This document shows, piece by piece, positions 31,921 to 41,689 of a stretch of DNA of 64,000 nt; position 1 is the first letter of the stretch; the number at the start of each line of letters is the position of its first letter. The notes below the pieces were generated by a model. That model saw only the letters and a list, made by a program, of their open reading frames with translations, was not told the origin of the DNA and made no database searches. The translations under genes and the position numbers were made by a program. The DNA is from an uncultured Gammaproteobacteria bacterium (GTDB taxonomy: Bacteria > Patescibacteriota > Patescibacteriia > Patescibacteriales > WJLG01): positions 2,113-66,112 of the forward strand of contig CAYNAR010000007.1 of assembly GCA_964395625.1 (NCBI GenBank). The letters are read 5' to 3'.

Positions 31921-34893
31921 ATGAATAAAGCCGCGAAGATATTTTTTATAGGCTTGATCGCTTTTGCGGGGATCCTTTCGGTTCCTTGCTTTGCGTTAGC
32001 CGCCGATCTTGGGCAGGGTTTTGTTGGCAACTCAATACAGTTAAGCAATCTCGACCCGCGTATAGTCGTTGCCAGAGCTATTCAGATAATTCTTGGTTTC
32101 TTGGGTGTGATTGTGGTCGGGTTAATAACTTATGCCGGTTTCTTATGGATGACTTCCGGTGGAGAGGAGCATAAGATAGAGAGAGCTAAGCAGATTATTT
32201 TGAATGCTACTATAGGATTAATAGTAATATTGGCGTCTTTTGGTATAACGACATTTATACTGGCAAAGATTTTAGAGGCTACCGGCAATGGTGGTGCTAC
32301 CGGTAGCGGGAGCAATCCGCCAGTTGGGATAGGCGGGGCCGGTGTTCTTGGGGCTTGCAGTGTCGAAAGCGTCTACCCAGCTCCCGACCAGCGTAATGTC
32401 CCTGGAAATACCGCTATTATCGTTACCTTCAAAGAAGAAGTTGATCCTAGTACGGTTTGCGGTGCCGCTTCTTGCGTTGGGAATAATGTTTTGGTCGGTT
32501 CTGTCAAGATACACAAGAGTAATGATGACGAGTCCACCGCTTTGACCGACGTCTTGGTTTATTCCAATGACAATAAGACCTTTATTTTTAGACCAACTAG
32601 CTATTTGCACTCTCCTTCTGAGAATATCTGGTATACGGTCAGATTTACCGAAGACGTCTCTCGTCTTGACGGTGAGTCGATTTTTGATGGTTGTCCGGCT
32701 AATTTGACTTGGCAATTCGAGGTTAGCAATACAATAGATTTGACGCCTCCGCAGGTTAGGAGCGGTGGAGTGTTCCCTCCGCCGGATAATGGTCGCGATA
32801 CCGTGTCGTTACTCTCGACACCATCACAGGCCGCAGGCACTATCGCCGTGGCTAGCCAGCCGAATGTCTATGTCGCCGCTTCCGTGACCGCCGCTTCTCG
32901 CGTCGGTGCCTCTCAGGCTATTTCCGTATCGGACGTAACCGTTAATCCTAATTGCGCGGAGAATGGTGTCCTTACCGTTTCCGTGACCGCCGACAATGAG
33001 ACCGCTCAGCTTTCAGCTGGGGCAAGACAGCTCGGCACTGCTAAATTTAATGGTAGAACTGTTTCTTTTCCTAATCTTTTCAGTTTGACGTTGCCGACCG
33101 CTGATCCGGTTGCTGGCAATTCTTGGAATATCACTTTATCTTCTTCTGTCTCCGCGGATACTTTGACCGTTGGTGGGATGACGTATGTCTTTGTCGTTGG
33201 AGCGCCAGCCGCACCGAATCAGATACAACTTGGGGCCAATCCTAACCAGACAGCTCTGAATATACGTAATGTGGTTGATGATAATTCTTCTGTCGGAGCG
33301 TCCGTTTCCGGTAATGTTGTTAGTTTGACAGCAACTTTAGCCGGTGTTTCCGGTAATAATATCACATTAGATTCTAGCGAAAAGACTAAGCTGGTTTTGT
33401 CTGGCGGTTCTTTATCCGGAGGTTCTGATCGCAGTGAAAGGACTCAGATTGTCGGTCGAAGAGATAGGGCAATGAATACGGCTATTCAAATCAATTTCAA
33501 TGAAGCCTTGATGCCGACCACGGTCACTGGTGACGCTGCCGCCGTGTCCAATTACGTCAGAGTCGTAAATGCCGAACCCGGATCGCTTGCGGCCGGAGTT
33601 GGTTGCACCAACGACTCGGATTGTTTGTCTTATGACTGCACTGGCGGTGTCTGTGTGAATGACTTTTTGGCTGGTAAATTCGTCCTATCTAATCAATATA
33701 AGACTTTGGAATTCGTCAGCGACGATCAGTGCGGGGTCAACGGTTGCGGAGACCCTATTTACTGCTTACCTTCCGGTAGTCATCTTAAAGTGGTTTTGGT
33801 GGCAGCAAGTCTACAACCTTGCACGAGCGATAATGATTGCATAGCTAAAACTCCGTATAATTCTTGCGTCGCTACCCCACAGAGTGGTGGCGTTAGGGTT
33901 TGCCGTCAGGATTTTGGCGGAAATTACACGGGTTCTCGTACAAGAAGTTTCCCAGGAGCCGATTTGAGTGCTATGAACGGCGTCATGGACGCGGCTTTCA
34001 ATTCTTTGGATGGTGATCGCAATACCTTCTCGGAGGGTCCGATAGCCGAGTACAGCGACAATCCGCCTGTTTATTCGAGTAATTCGACTTGTCAATCCGA
34101 TTTCGAAAGAATCATCGCCGCGGTTAAGGGTAAAAGAATTGCCGATAATACCGTCCTCGGTGCCATTACTGGAAGTTTTTGCTCCAGTTGTTCTTGCGCT
34201 ACGCCAGCCTCTTGCCAGTCCATTATGACGACTTCGATGTCCTCGATAGGTTTGCCGCTTATGAGGGATTATGGAAGCGCCTTATTTGTCTTTGATGAAA
34301 ATGAGGATGAGGGGACTTATGGAGCTTGTCGCACTGACTCAGTCGGTTCCAGTAATTGTGGATCAATATCTATTCCAATGTATTTTTGTGCCAATGGCGA
34401 TAATTTTTCTTGGGAATTTTTCATTAATGACAAAATGGACACCAATCCTCCTGTCTTGACTGCCATAACCCCAGCCTTGGGGGCGACGATCTCGATCGGA
34501 GGTGAGATTGGCGGTGAATTTGATAAAGTCATGCTTTCCAGTTCCTTGTCTACCGGTGAGGGGAGGGTGGTAAATAATGAAGAAACCGTTATCCATAAAA
34601 ATATCAATATTTGGAGTCTTTCGAATAGACCTGTTGGGTATTGGATAGAGACGGATGGCGTAGATTTGGATAGCGATGGTGAAATGGATCGTACGAAAGT
34701 CGTAATAGACCATAGTTTGCTCGGCGATTCCGTGTCTTATCGCGCTCAATTCGGTTCCGGTATTAGGGATGTCTATCAGAATTGCTATAAACCGTCGAAT
34801 GGCCCTGGCTGTTCCGGCGTCAATCAATCAAGCCCATCGTGTTGTAATGGCTCGGCGAGCTCTGCTCTTGATGAGAATGGGAATTGTAATTAA
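31921..34893 (+). CDS. giant surface protein 1: signal peptide + VirB2/TrbC-like two-helix pilin module + Cys-rich extracellular region
   Basis: 990 aa. The N-terminal 120 aa closely parallel those of the next gene (ILGFLGVI..GLI.YAG..WM.SGG......AK.I......GLI.ILASFGITTF). Confidence 0.75.
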   Translation: MNKAAKIFFIGLIAFAGILSVPCFALAADLGQGFVGNSIQLSNLDPRIVVARAIQIILGFLGVIVVGLITYAGFLWMTSGGEEHKIERAKQIILNATIGLIVILASFGITTFILAKILEATGNGGATGSGSNPPVGIGGAGVLGACSVESVYPAPDQRNVPGNTAIIVTFKEEVDPSTVCGAASCVGNNVLVGSVKIHKSNDDESTALTDVLVYSNDNKTFIFRPTSYLHSPSENIWYTVRFTEDVSRLDGESIFDGCPANLTWQFEVSNTIDLTPPQVRSGGVFPPPDNGRDTVSLLSTPSQAAGTIAVASQPNVYVAASVTAASRVGASQAISVSDVTVNPNCAENGVLTVSVTADNETAQLSAGARQLGTAKFNGRTVSFPNLFSLTLPTADPVAGNSWNITLSSSVSADTLTVGGMTYVFVVGAPAAPNQIQLGANPNQTALNIRNVVDDNSSVGASVSGNVVSLTATLAGVSGNNITLDSSEKTKLVLSGGSLSGGSDRSERTQIVGRRDRAMNTAIQINFNEALMPTTVTGDAAAVSNYVRVVNAEPGSLAAGVGCTNDSDCLSYDCTGGVCVNDFLAGKFVLSNQYKTLEFVSDDQCGVNGCGDPIYCLPSGSHLKVVLVAASLQPCTSDNDCIAKTPYNSCVATPQSGGVRVCRQDFGGNYTGSRTRSFPGADLSAMNGVMDAAFNSLDGDRNTFSEGPIAEYSDNPPVYSSNSTCQSDFERIIAAVKGKRIADNTVLGAITGSFCSSCSCATPASCQSIMTTSMSSIGLPLMRDYGSALFVFDENEDEGTYGACRTDSVGSSNCGSISIPMYFCANGDNFSWEFFINDKMDTNPPVLTAITPALGATISIGGEIGGEFDKVMLSSSLSTGEGRVVNNEETVIHKNINIWSLSNRPVGYWIETDGVDLDSDGEMDRTKVVIDHSLLGDSVSYRAQFGSGIRDVYQNCYKPSNGPGCSGVNQSSPSCCNGSASSALDENGNCN

Positions 34894-34905
34894 TAAAAAG
34901 ATAAA

Positions 34906-37900
34906 ATGACCAATAGGCTTAGAAAAATATTACTATCCGCCTTTTTACTGATCGGTTTATTCGCGATCGGCAATTCCGTTTTGGCTGCCGCCGATGTCGG
35001 AATGGGAGGGTTCGGCGCCGTCACGCAGCTAAGCAATACGGACCCTCGTACTGTAGTCGCCAATGTCATACGTATTATTTTAGGATTTTTGGGCGTGATC
35101 GCCATAGGTTTGATAATCTATGCCGGAGCTATCTGGATGCTTTCTGGCGGCAATGAGAAGAATATCGATAAAGCCAAAAAGATATTGGTGAGCTCTGTTA
35201 TTGGTCTAATAATAATATTAGCTTCCTTTGGTATAACCACGTTTTTGTTGAATAGTATTTTGAATGCAACTGGCACCGGTTCTGGTACCGGTTCCGGGCC
35301 GGGTGGCGTTATAGTTCCGCCTGGTGGAGGACCAGGCTCTTCTTGCGATGGCATTACACTGACTCCGCTTTGCGAAGCGGACGATAGTCTTTGTGGTTCT
35401 GGTCTTTATTGTAATCCTGGTACTTGTACATGTACTGTTGGTGGCGGTATTGGTGATCCGTGTGATTCTGATGTGGCTTTGGCCGATTGTCAGGCTAGTG
35501 GGGCTATGTGTATGCCTGGTCTTTCTTGTAATACAACTACTTGTCTTTGTGAGAGTGGTTCCGGTGTAGGTATAAATTGCGATTCCGATGTCGCAGCCGG
35601 ATGTCAAGCCTCTGATGCTATATGTTCCAATCTCTTGACTTGCGACAATGGTACTTGTACTTGTGAAGAGAGGCCTTTGATACAATGGATTAGTCCGCAA
35701 GGAGGTTTTTGCGATGATTTTCCGAATCAAGTCTGTTTAAATGATTCGGATTGTTCTTCGGGAACGTGCAATGTATCCACTCCTAATGCAGCTTCTGGTA
35801 ATATAATAACCATCATGGGCCGATATTTTGGGACAACCGTCGGTCAGGTCAATTTTTGGGATGGTGCCGGTTTTACGATTCCCGGCGTTTTACCATCCAC
35901 CATCAATTCTCAGTGTAGTTCTTTCTGGAGCGATGATCAGATAATGATGGTCGTTCCTGTTGGCGCTGTCTCCGGTCCTGTGCAAGTCGTAAGATCTGAT
36001 CTTTTCTCCGATACGACCAATGATGCTCATGGCACGGTTATAGACGATTTAAGAGTTAATGCGATATCTCGCCCCGGTCTTTGCAGGATTGATCCTGATA
36101 ATGGGTATTTAAACGATCCGGTGGCTTTACACGGCGTTAATTTCCCCACAGTCTTGTCAGAGGCTCGTTTTGGTAATTATCACTCCTTTGTTTCCGGTAC
36201 CAACTCCGTTTTTTATACCGCGACCTTAGCTAACACTCTTACCCCTAATATAAACTCGGGGAAAACTACAGCCTTCGTGTCAGGTTCGGCGGGGGAGCTT
36301 AGTAACTATGTCAGATTTGGTAAGAATAGCGAGGATGATCGTGGTCCATATATCGTTTCTTTTTCGCCGACATCTGGTGCCCCTGGTCAATATATAACAA
36401 TATATGGGTCTGGTTTCGGTTCGAGTAGGGGTAGTAGTGCCGTTTATTTTGGTGATGAGACTGGCTATGAAGTCGATTATTCGTTTCCAACGATTTGCGA
36501 TGATAGTGTCTGGTCTGATAGTCAGGTTATAGTCAAGGCGCCTTCGACCGCTCCAGATGGTAATTATACGATAACCATGGTAATAGGTGCTCGTACCATA
36601 GACACATCGGCTTTGGCTACTAATCAGTTCAATTTAAACAGGTCTTTGTCTTTGGCGCCTTCCCTCTGTAAGATATCTCCTCCGATAGGTGATGTGGGGG
36701 TAGAGGTTTCCGTTTGGGGTGAGTATTTCGACACACTTAACGCTTCGAGCCGTGTTAGATTTTATAACGATAAAGACGCTGTCGGCACAAATATAGTTTT
36801 CTGGAATCAAGACCAGAGTTTCAACTCCGGTTCTAGACCGGATAGAGCCGACGTTTTAGTCCCGGCCGGAACGATAACAGGCCCAGTCAAGGTCGGTAAA
36901 GGTGCGGGTATGCTTTTTGGAAATGCTTTGAACTTTCAAGTAGGTAGTTGTTTGGAGGCGCCTGATCCGAATAATGCCTGTTCTCCGGAGATTTGCTGTC
37001 CGGAGGGAACTCCGGAAGCCGGGCGCTGTGTCGCTACGACGAACGATTGTTTCGCCGATATAAAGTCCAGTGTCTATGAGTGGGATTTCAATACGGGCAT
37101 AACGACGTCTCCGTCCGGTCCGTCCACGCCTTTCTTTAGCTGCACGGAAAGAAGTCGTTTGCTAAGTCTTTGCGATAACGTGATATGTCCGAATTCGGCT
37201 GGTGAATGCTCTCCTTATGATAATGTTTTCTCAACCATGGAGAATGTTGGTAAGAGCTGTGTCTATAATTGTGACAATGTCGGCTCTTGCGGTGTTGGTG
37301 GTTGCACATACAACAGTTCTTTGGATGTCTGCGTGGCTAATGTCGGCACTTCTTGCAGTTTGCCGATTGCCGCGACTAATGTTTCGGGTGCCACGGTCGA
37401 AGCTTTCTGCGAGCAATATCAGGGTAACAACAGACGAGTTATCTATTTGAGTGGAAACGAGGGTTGTCCTTCCGGTTGGATTAAGGCTTCTTTACCTTCT
37501 GATGGTGGGGTGGAATTAGTTTGTGTCGATCCTTCTTCCACTTGCAATGTTTGTAGTACCGGTTTTGTATGTACTCCCGACAACGCTCCTGTCCCTAGCG
37601 GTATTTGCATAGCTCCTGGAGATATTTGCCCGTCCGGATCGGCTTGTCAGTCTGATAATCGTTGCAAAAAGCTAGTAGCTGATGAGTGTCAGTGTTGTTG
37701 TCGTAAAGCCAATGCCAACCAAGATTGTTGTTATCCTTTGACCTGTGCCGGTACTTGTGGAAGTGATAAGGCTACCGATACCGGGACTTACGGATCTTGC
37801 AGTGGTTGTCGTATAGAGGTTGGTGGCGTTGTCAATCAAGCGGCTTCGGATGCTGCCTGCAATTGTTCAGGTTCTTTCGGTAAATATTGCGATACTAGCA

Positions 37901-40728
37901 TTGACGTGAATGCCGATGGCGTTGCCGATGGTGTTTGTAACGACTGCGCTCAATTAGCTAATAATAATTCTTGCACCAATCATAGCGCTTCGTGCTGTGT
38001 CGACGCGACAAGAAGTGATGTTTGTACTGGAAGAAGGTACGGTTCCGGTGGTAGTGATGTGTTTGATTTGGTGGTTAGCGGTGGCACGGCTTATTGCGGT
38101 TACTATTCTTGTTCGACCAATAACACGACTTGCGATGGAACCGCCGATGTAGGCCCTTTCGCGTCCGGTGTCAATTTCTTTAAAAAATTCTCGGATTGTT
38201 CTAATAGATGTAACCCACCAACGCCTTTTGGTGTCTCTTGCGTGAATACCGACAACACGGCTTGTGCGGCTTCTATCTGTTCTCTTGGTGCTTCATGTCG
38301 CAATGATTCAGGGGCCTCTCTCTTTCCGGATTGTGGTGTTTGCTGTTGCGACCCTTCCAACGATCAGTGTTCTTTAATAGGAAATCCTAATTTACGCTGT
38401 GAAGCCGATAAGAGCCCGTGCGGTGGAGCTAATCGAGGTCTTTGCTGCGGTTGTAATTCCAATTCCGAATGCGTCGCCTCTCCGGCGTTGCCGATAGCGA
38501 CCGGTTGCGGTCTGGATGGTTGTTGCAGAGCTAGGCCGGAAATAATAAACACCGCCCCGCAAGACGATCAGAGTAATGTCTGTACTAATATCGAAATACA
38601 GGCCATATCCAGTGTTGCGATGGATAGTGGTAGTGTCACCGGTAATATAATAGTCGTCGGCGAGTACGTAACACCATGCCCGGAGGGAACGGTTTACTTA
38701 TCTTTGAATCAAGACTCGCAAAATACTAATAGCTTGTTGAGGGGAGTCAAAGTCGCATGGAATTCCATTAAGAGTATCTTTAATAAGGTTATGGGCTCCG
38801 ATGTCCTAGCTAGCGACCCTCCGTTGGCTTTCATGAATTATTGTGCCGTTCCTGGTGTCGTAGCCGTCGAACATGTCGATCCGGAAGACGAGAGCCAGCC
38901 ATCGATATTGAAATTTCGTCCTTCAAAAATTCTCGATACCGACAGAAAGTACTTTGTCATAGTCAAGGGTGATGAGAATCTCGATAACACTAATGGAGTA
39001 AAGAGTTCTTGGGGTATCGGAATGAATACTCCTGTCGGGGCTATAGCCGGAATCAGGACTGATAATTCTTCGACCTTTAACGGAACTAGCTATGCCGGTT
39101 CTTTCATATGGTCTTTTAGAACTCGCCCTAATAATGGTGGCAATAAGGGTATTTGCGACATAGATCATGTTGCTATAACCCCTAAATCTTATTTATTTAA
39201 TAGGTTGGAACAAGACTTGAACGAAGATGATAATAATCCGTCCGGCAAGACTTTTGACACTGTTAGAGATATAGATAAAAAGTTCACGGCCAGGGCGTTG
39301 AGTTCCAGAGGTGAAGTTTTATCCTCTGCTACCGGCTATTCATGGAATTGGAGTTGGAACGTGGATGATGTTGCTGTTGTGAGGTTTATAAATCCTGCGC
39401 CATTCGCCGTCGACAGTGGCGAACAATTAATCTCGGCTTTTGACAATATAACCGATCGCAAGGCTAAAGTTACCGCTACCGTCAATCTCATAGACTCGAC
39501 TTTGTCTTCTGCTGGAAATGGTCAATCGGCGACAGCTGAAGTTTATGTGTTTAGGTGCGCTAATCCTTGGCCAGGTTTTGTCGCTGGGACTTGGCGTCCT
39601 TGGAGAGATAATCCGGATGCTATGAATCCCTATTGTGTCGGTGGCACTTGTATGGATATGGGTTATGAATTGTATTATTGCAGGGATAGTGGTTCGGAGG
39701 GTACGGCCGATGATTTGCCGGTGATCTCTTCTGGAACAACCGTTGGCAGTGGAGTATCCACGGATGTTTTGAAGGAATCATATTTCTTCAGACAAGCTCC
39801 GCCCGTAGTCGAAGGGGTTGATTTTATGGTGGAACCTGTTCCAAGTGGTGGGGAAGTGCGACTTAATTGGGATGCCGTAGTAGATCCAGCTGGCGAGCAG
39901 GTCGTTTCCAAATACAATATTTATTATAGTCAAAAATCTGGCGCACCGTACGCTTTTTCTATTTCTGTGCCAGTAGCGGATGCGCCGTATATATCTTCTA
40001 ATTCTCCAGTGTCGGTAACCGGCCTGGATAAAACTAAGGATTATTATTTTGCCATAACAGCAGTATATGATAGTGGAGAGGAAAGTACTTATTCTAAAGA
40101 GGTTGCAGTCAGGCCAGCTGATTCCTTCCCGCCAGCGAGTCCTATTAACATCATTGCTGAGGCGGGCAGGAAAGACGTGGTGGTTAATTCGTCGATTTCC
40201 GCTAGTGATTGGAGTTCGACAGTGCAGGAGACTATTAGCGCCAAAGTTAGTTTTTCGCTTTCTCCTAATGAGTTATTGAAGCATTTAAGGACTTTTGATT
40301 TGCGATGGGGGACTGCGATAGATGATTATCCGAATATTGTTTCTGTGCCGGCGAGAGAGGCTTTGGTTAATGGTGAAGATTTGAAGGTTGTTGGTGATTT
40401 TTCTGCTGGAACCCCTTATTATTTCATAGTTTCGGCAACGCGACTGGATAATTCTTATTCCGAAACTTCAGGAGTTGTTAAAGTTGTCTTTGATTCCGGT
40501 GGTGCAACAAGTATCGAGCCAATGGTTGCTGATGATGTTGGTGATTTTGAAATAGCGATTCCCTCTGGGACTATAAAAGTTTCTTGGCCCCCCAATACCG
40601 ATGATGCTGTAAAGTATAATCTTTATTGGGGCGCTAATCATGCCAGTTATGGCGAGAAAATAGAGGTCGGGGGGCGCGATGCTTTATCGGGGGGGGATGG
40701 AGAAGGAAGCCTCTTTTTCTTATGGTAA
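34906..40728 (+). CDS. giant surface protein 2, N-terminal 1,940 codons (reading frame broken at a G8 tract)
   Basis: Has the same pilin-like N-terminus and three tandem ~35-aa Cys-rich modules. Also has IPT/TIG-like domains (ISPQGG..., FSPTSGAPGQYITIYGSGFG, ISPPIGDVGVEVSVWGEYF) and FN3-like domains near the end. Confidence 0.8.
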   Translation: MTNRLRKILLSAFLLIGLFAIGNSVLAAADVGMGGFGAVTQLSNTDPRTVVANVIRIILGFLGVIAIGLIIYAGAIWMLSGGNEKNIDKAKKILVSSVIGLIIILASFGITTFLLNSILNATGTGSGTGSGPGGVIVPPGGGPGSSCDGITLTPLCEADDSLCGSGLYCNPGTCTCTVGGGIGDPCDSDVALADCQASGAMCMPGLSCNTTTCLCESGSGVGINCDSDVAAGCQASDAICSNLLTCDNGTCTCEERPLIQWISPQGGFCDDFPNQVCLNDSDCSSGTCNVSTPNAASGNIITIMGRYFGTTVGQVNFWDGAGFTIPGVLPSTINSQCSSFWSDDQIMMVVPVGAVSGPVQVVRSDLFSDTTNDAHGTVIDDLRVNAISRPGLCRIDPDNGYLNDPVALHGVNFPTVLSEARFGNYHSFVSGTNSVFYTATLANTLTPNINSGKTTAFVSGSAGELSNYVRFGKNSEDDRGPYIVSFSPTSGAPGQYITIYGSGFGSSRGSSAVYFGDETGYEVDYSFPTICDDSVWSDSQVIVKAPSTAPDGNYTITMVIGARTIDTSALATNQFNLNRSLSLAPSLCKISPPIGDVGVEVSVWGEYFDTLNASSRVRFYNDKDAVGTNIVFWNQDQSFNSGSRPDRADVLVPAGTITGPVKVGKGAGMLFGNALNFQVGSCLEAPDPNNACSPEICCPEGTPEAGRCVATTNDCFADIKSSVYEWDFNTGITTSPSGPSTPFFSCTERSRLLSLCDNVICPNSAGECSPYDNVFSTMENVGKSCVYNCDNVGSCGVGGCTYNSSLDVCVANVGTSCSLPIAATNVSGATVEAFCEQYQGNNRRVIYLSGNEGCPSGWIKASLPSDGGVELVCVDPSSTCNVCSTGFVCTPDNAPVPSGICIAPGDICPSGSACQSDNRCKKLVADECQCCCRKANANQDCCYPLTCAGTCGSDKATDTGTYGSCSGCRIEVGGVVNQAASDAACNCSGSFGKYCDTSIDVNADGVADGVCNDCAQLANNNSCTNHSASCCVDATRSDVCTGRRYGSGGSDVFDLVVSGGTAYCGYYSCSTNNTTCDGTADVGPFASGVNFFKKFSDCSNRCNPPTPFGVSCVNTDNTACAASICSLGASCRNDSGASLFPDCGVCCCDPSNDQCSLIGNPNLRCEADKSPCGGANRGLCCGCNSNSECVASPALPIATGCGLDGCCRARPEIINTAPQDDQSNVCTNIEIQAISSVAMDSGSVTGNIIVVGEYVTPCPEGTVYLSLNQDSQNTNSLLRGVKVAWNSIKSIFNKVMGSDVLASDPPLAFMNYCAVPGVVAVEHVDPEDESQPSILKFRPSKILDTDRKYFVIVKGDENLDNTNGVKSSWGIGMNTPVGAIAGIRTDNSSTFNGTSYAGSFIWSFRTRPNNGGNKGICDIDHVAITPKSYLFNRLEQDLNEDDNNPSGKTFDTVRDIDKKFTARALSSRGEVLSSATGYSWNWSWNVDDVAVVRFINPAPFAVDSGEQLISAFDNITDRKAKVTATVNLIDSTLSSAGNGQSATAEVYVFRCANPWPGFVAGTWRPWRDNPDAMNPYCVGGTCMDMGYELYYCRDSGSEGTADDLPVISSGTTVGSGVSTDVLKESYFFRQAPPVVEGVDFMVEPVPSGGEVRLNWDAVVDPAGEQVVSKYNIYYSQKSGAPYAFSISVPVADAPYISSNSPVSVTGLDKTKDYYFAITAVYDSGEESTYSKEVAVRPADSFPPASPINIIAEAGRKDVVVNSSISASDWSSTVQETISAKVSFSLSPNELLKHLRTFDLRWGTAIDDYPNIVSVPAREALVNGEDLKVVGDFSAGTPYYFIVSATRLDNSYSETSGVVKVVFDSGGATSIEPMVADDVGDFEIAIPSGTIKVSWPPNTDDAVKYNLYWGANHASYGEKIEVGGRDALSGGDGEGSLFFLW

Positions 40729-41665
40729 TACAGCAGGAAGATTTTTTATAGCCGTTTCAGCTGTGGATGCTTCCGGGAATGAAAGTGCTTTTTCTGATGA
40801 GATAATCGTTATTCCTAGCCAATCTAGTTATACTTTTCGCAATGCCTTGGCTAATGTGGATTTCGAGTCCGGTGCTATCGGCGGATTACCTGCGTATTGG
40901 TCAAGGGCGACACAGGTCAGGTCTTCTGTCGGCATAAGTGACGCTTTTTCTTTTTCCGGAAATCAAAGCCTTCGCTTGTACCAAGCGCCGAATATACCAT
41001 ACCCCGGCGTTTGTGGAAGCGATTTGAATGATAGAGTAGCCCCAGCTTATGAAGCCTATCCTTTTTCCAGTTACCTGACCTACAACGGTTCTAATTGTAC
41101 TTTTTCAAGCACTCTCGATTGCAATGCCGGCGGACCATGCATAGTTTCGAATGGCAGTTCCTTGCCATGGCCCTATACTAACAGGGTTATGTGGGAATCT
41201 TTGTCTTATAATGTGTCTAATTTGCCTTGGGAGGTTGGAGAGGATTATTTAGTAGCTTTTTATTATAAGGGAAATTTAGCCGCTAGTACTAGACCGATAT
41301 TGAATTTCGATTTGGGTTGGGGTGCTCAATGTAGGGGGGTAATAGCGGGAGGGTGTTCGGCTTGGGGTGCCGGATGGTTCGTCTGTCCTGACAATTCGTC
41401 GGCATGTTGTCGATATCCATTACAGAGGGATTGTTATCCGAGTCTTTACATGCCGGTTATCCCTGCTGGTAATTACAACAGTGGACCTTATGATGGTTGG
41501 AACTTGTATTTCGATACTTTTACATACACTGAGGATCTGGCGGGTATATACGACATTTCTAATAATTTGCGCAATATGATAGGTCTTTCTATCGGGTATA
41601 ACAATACTGGAGCCGGAACTGATTTTTATGTCGATGATTTTATCGTAGCGAAGAAAGTTAAATAA
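40679..41665 (+). CDS. C-terminal continuation of giant surface protein 2 (separate ORF only because of the G8 frame break)
   Basis: The translation completes the FN3 domain begun in the previous frame: ...YNLYWG...SGG | MEKEASFSYGNTAGRFFIAVSAVDASGNESAFS. No SD of its own. Confidence 0.7.
   Translation: MLYRGGMEKEASFSYGNTAGRFFIAVSAVDASGNESAFSDEIIVIPSQSSYTFRNALANVDFESGAIGGLPAYWSRATQVRSSVGISDAFSFSGNQSLRLYQAPNIPYPGVCGSDLNDRVAPAYEAYPFSSYLTYNGSNCTFSSTLDCNAGGPCIVSNGSSLPWPYTNRVMWESLSYNVSNLPWEVGEDYLVAFYYKGNLAASTRPILNFDLGWGAQCRGVIAGGCSAWGAGWFVCPDNSSACCRYPLQRDCYPSLYMPVIPAGNYNSGPYDGWNLYFDTFTYTEDLAGIYDISNNLRNMIGLSIGYNNTGAGTDFYVDDFIVAKKVK
40689..40696 (+). repeat. G8 homopolymer at the frame break of the giant gene
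   Basis: Sequence is TCG GGG GGG GAT. With seven G the two ORFs fuse into one 2,252-codon frame. A G6 run lies at 40669-40674. Confidence 0.8.
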
Positions 41666-41689
41666 ATAATTTTTTTAAAATAATAGACT

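Noticed and set aside
32272-39917. Numerous 60-170-aa ORFs on both strands within the giant surface genes (for example 32272-32715, 35218-35730, 37202-37450)
   Set aside because: They are all embedded in the two long, continuous, domain-bearing frames. Their compositions (Thr/Arg/Ile-rich) are typical of out-of-frame translation.
40915-40926. A fourth GGTCAGGTCTTC 12-mer, identical to 10551-10562
   Set aside because: It lies inside the coding frame of the giant surface gene with no associated hairpin or partner repeat. I treat it as a chance match unless a genome-wide count shows otherwise.
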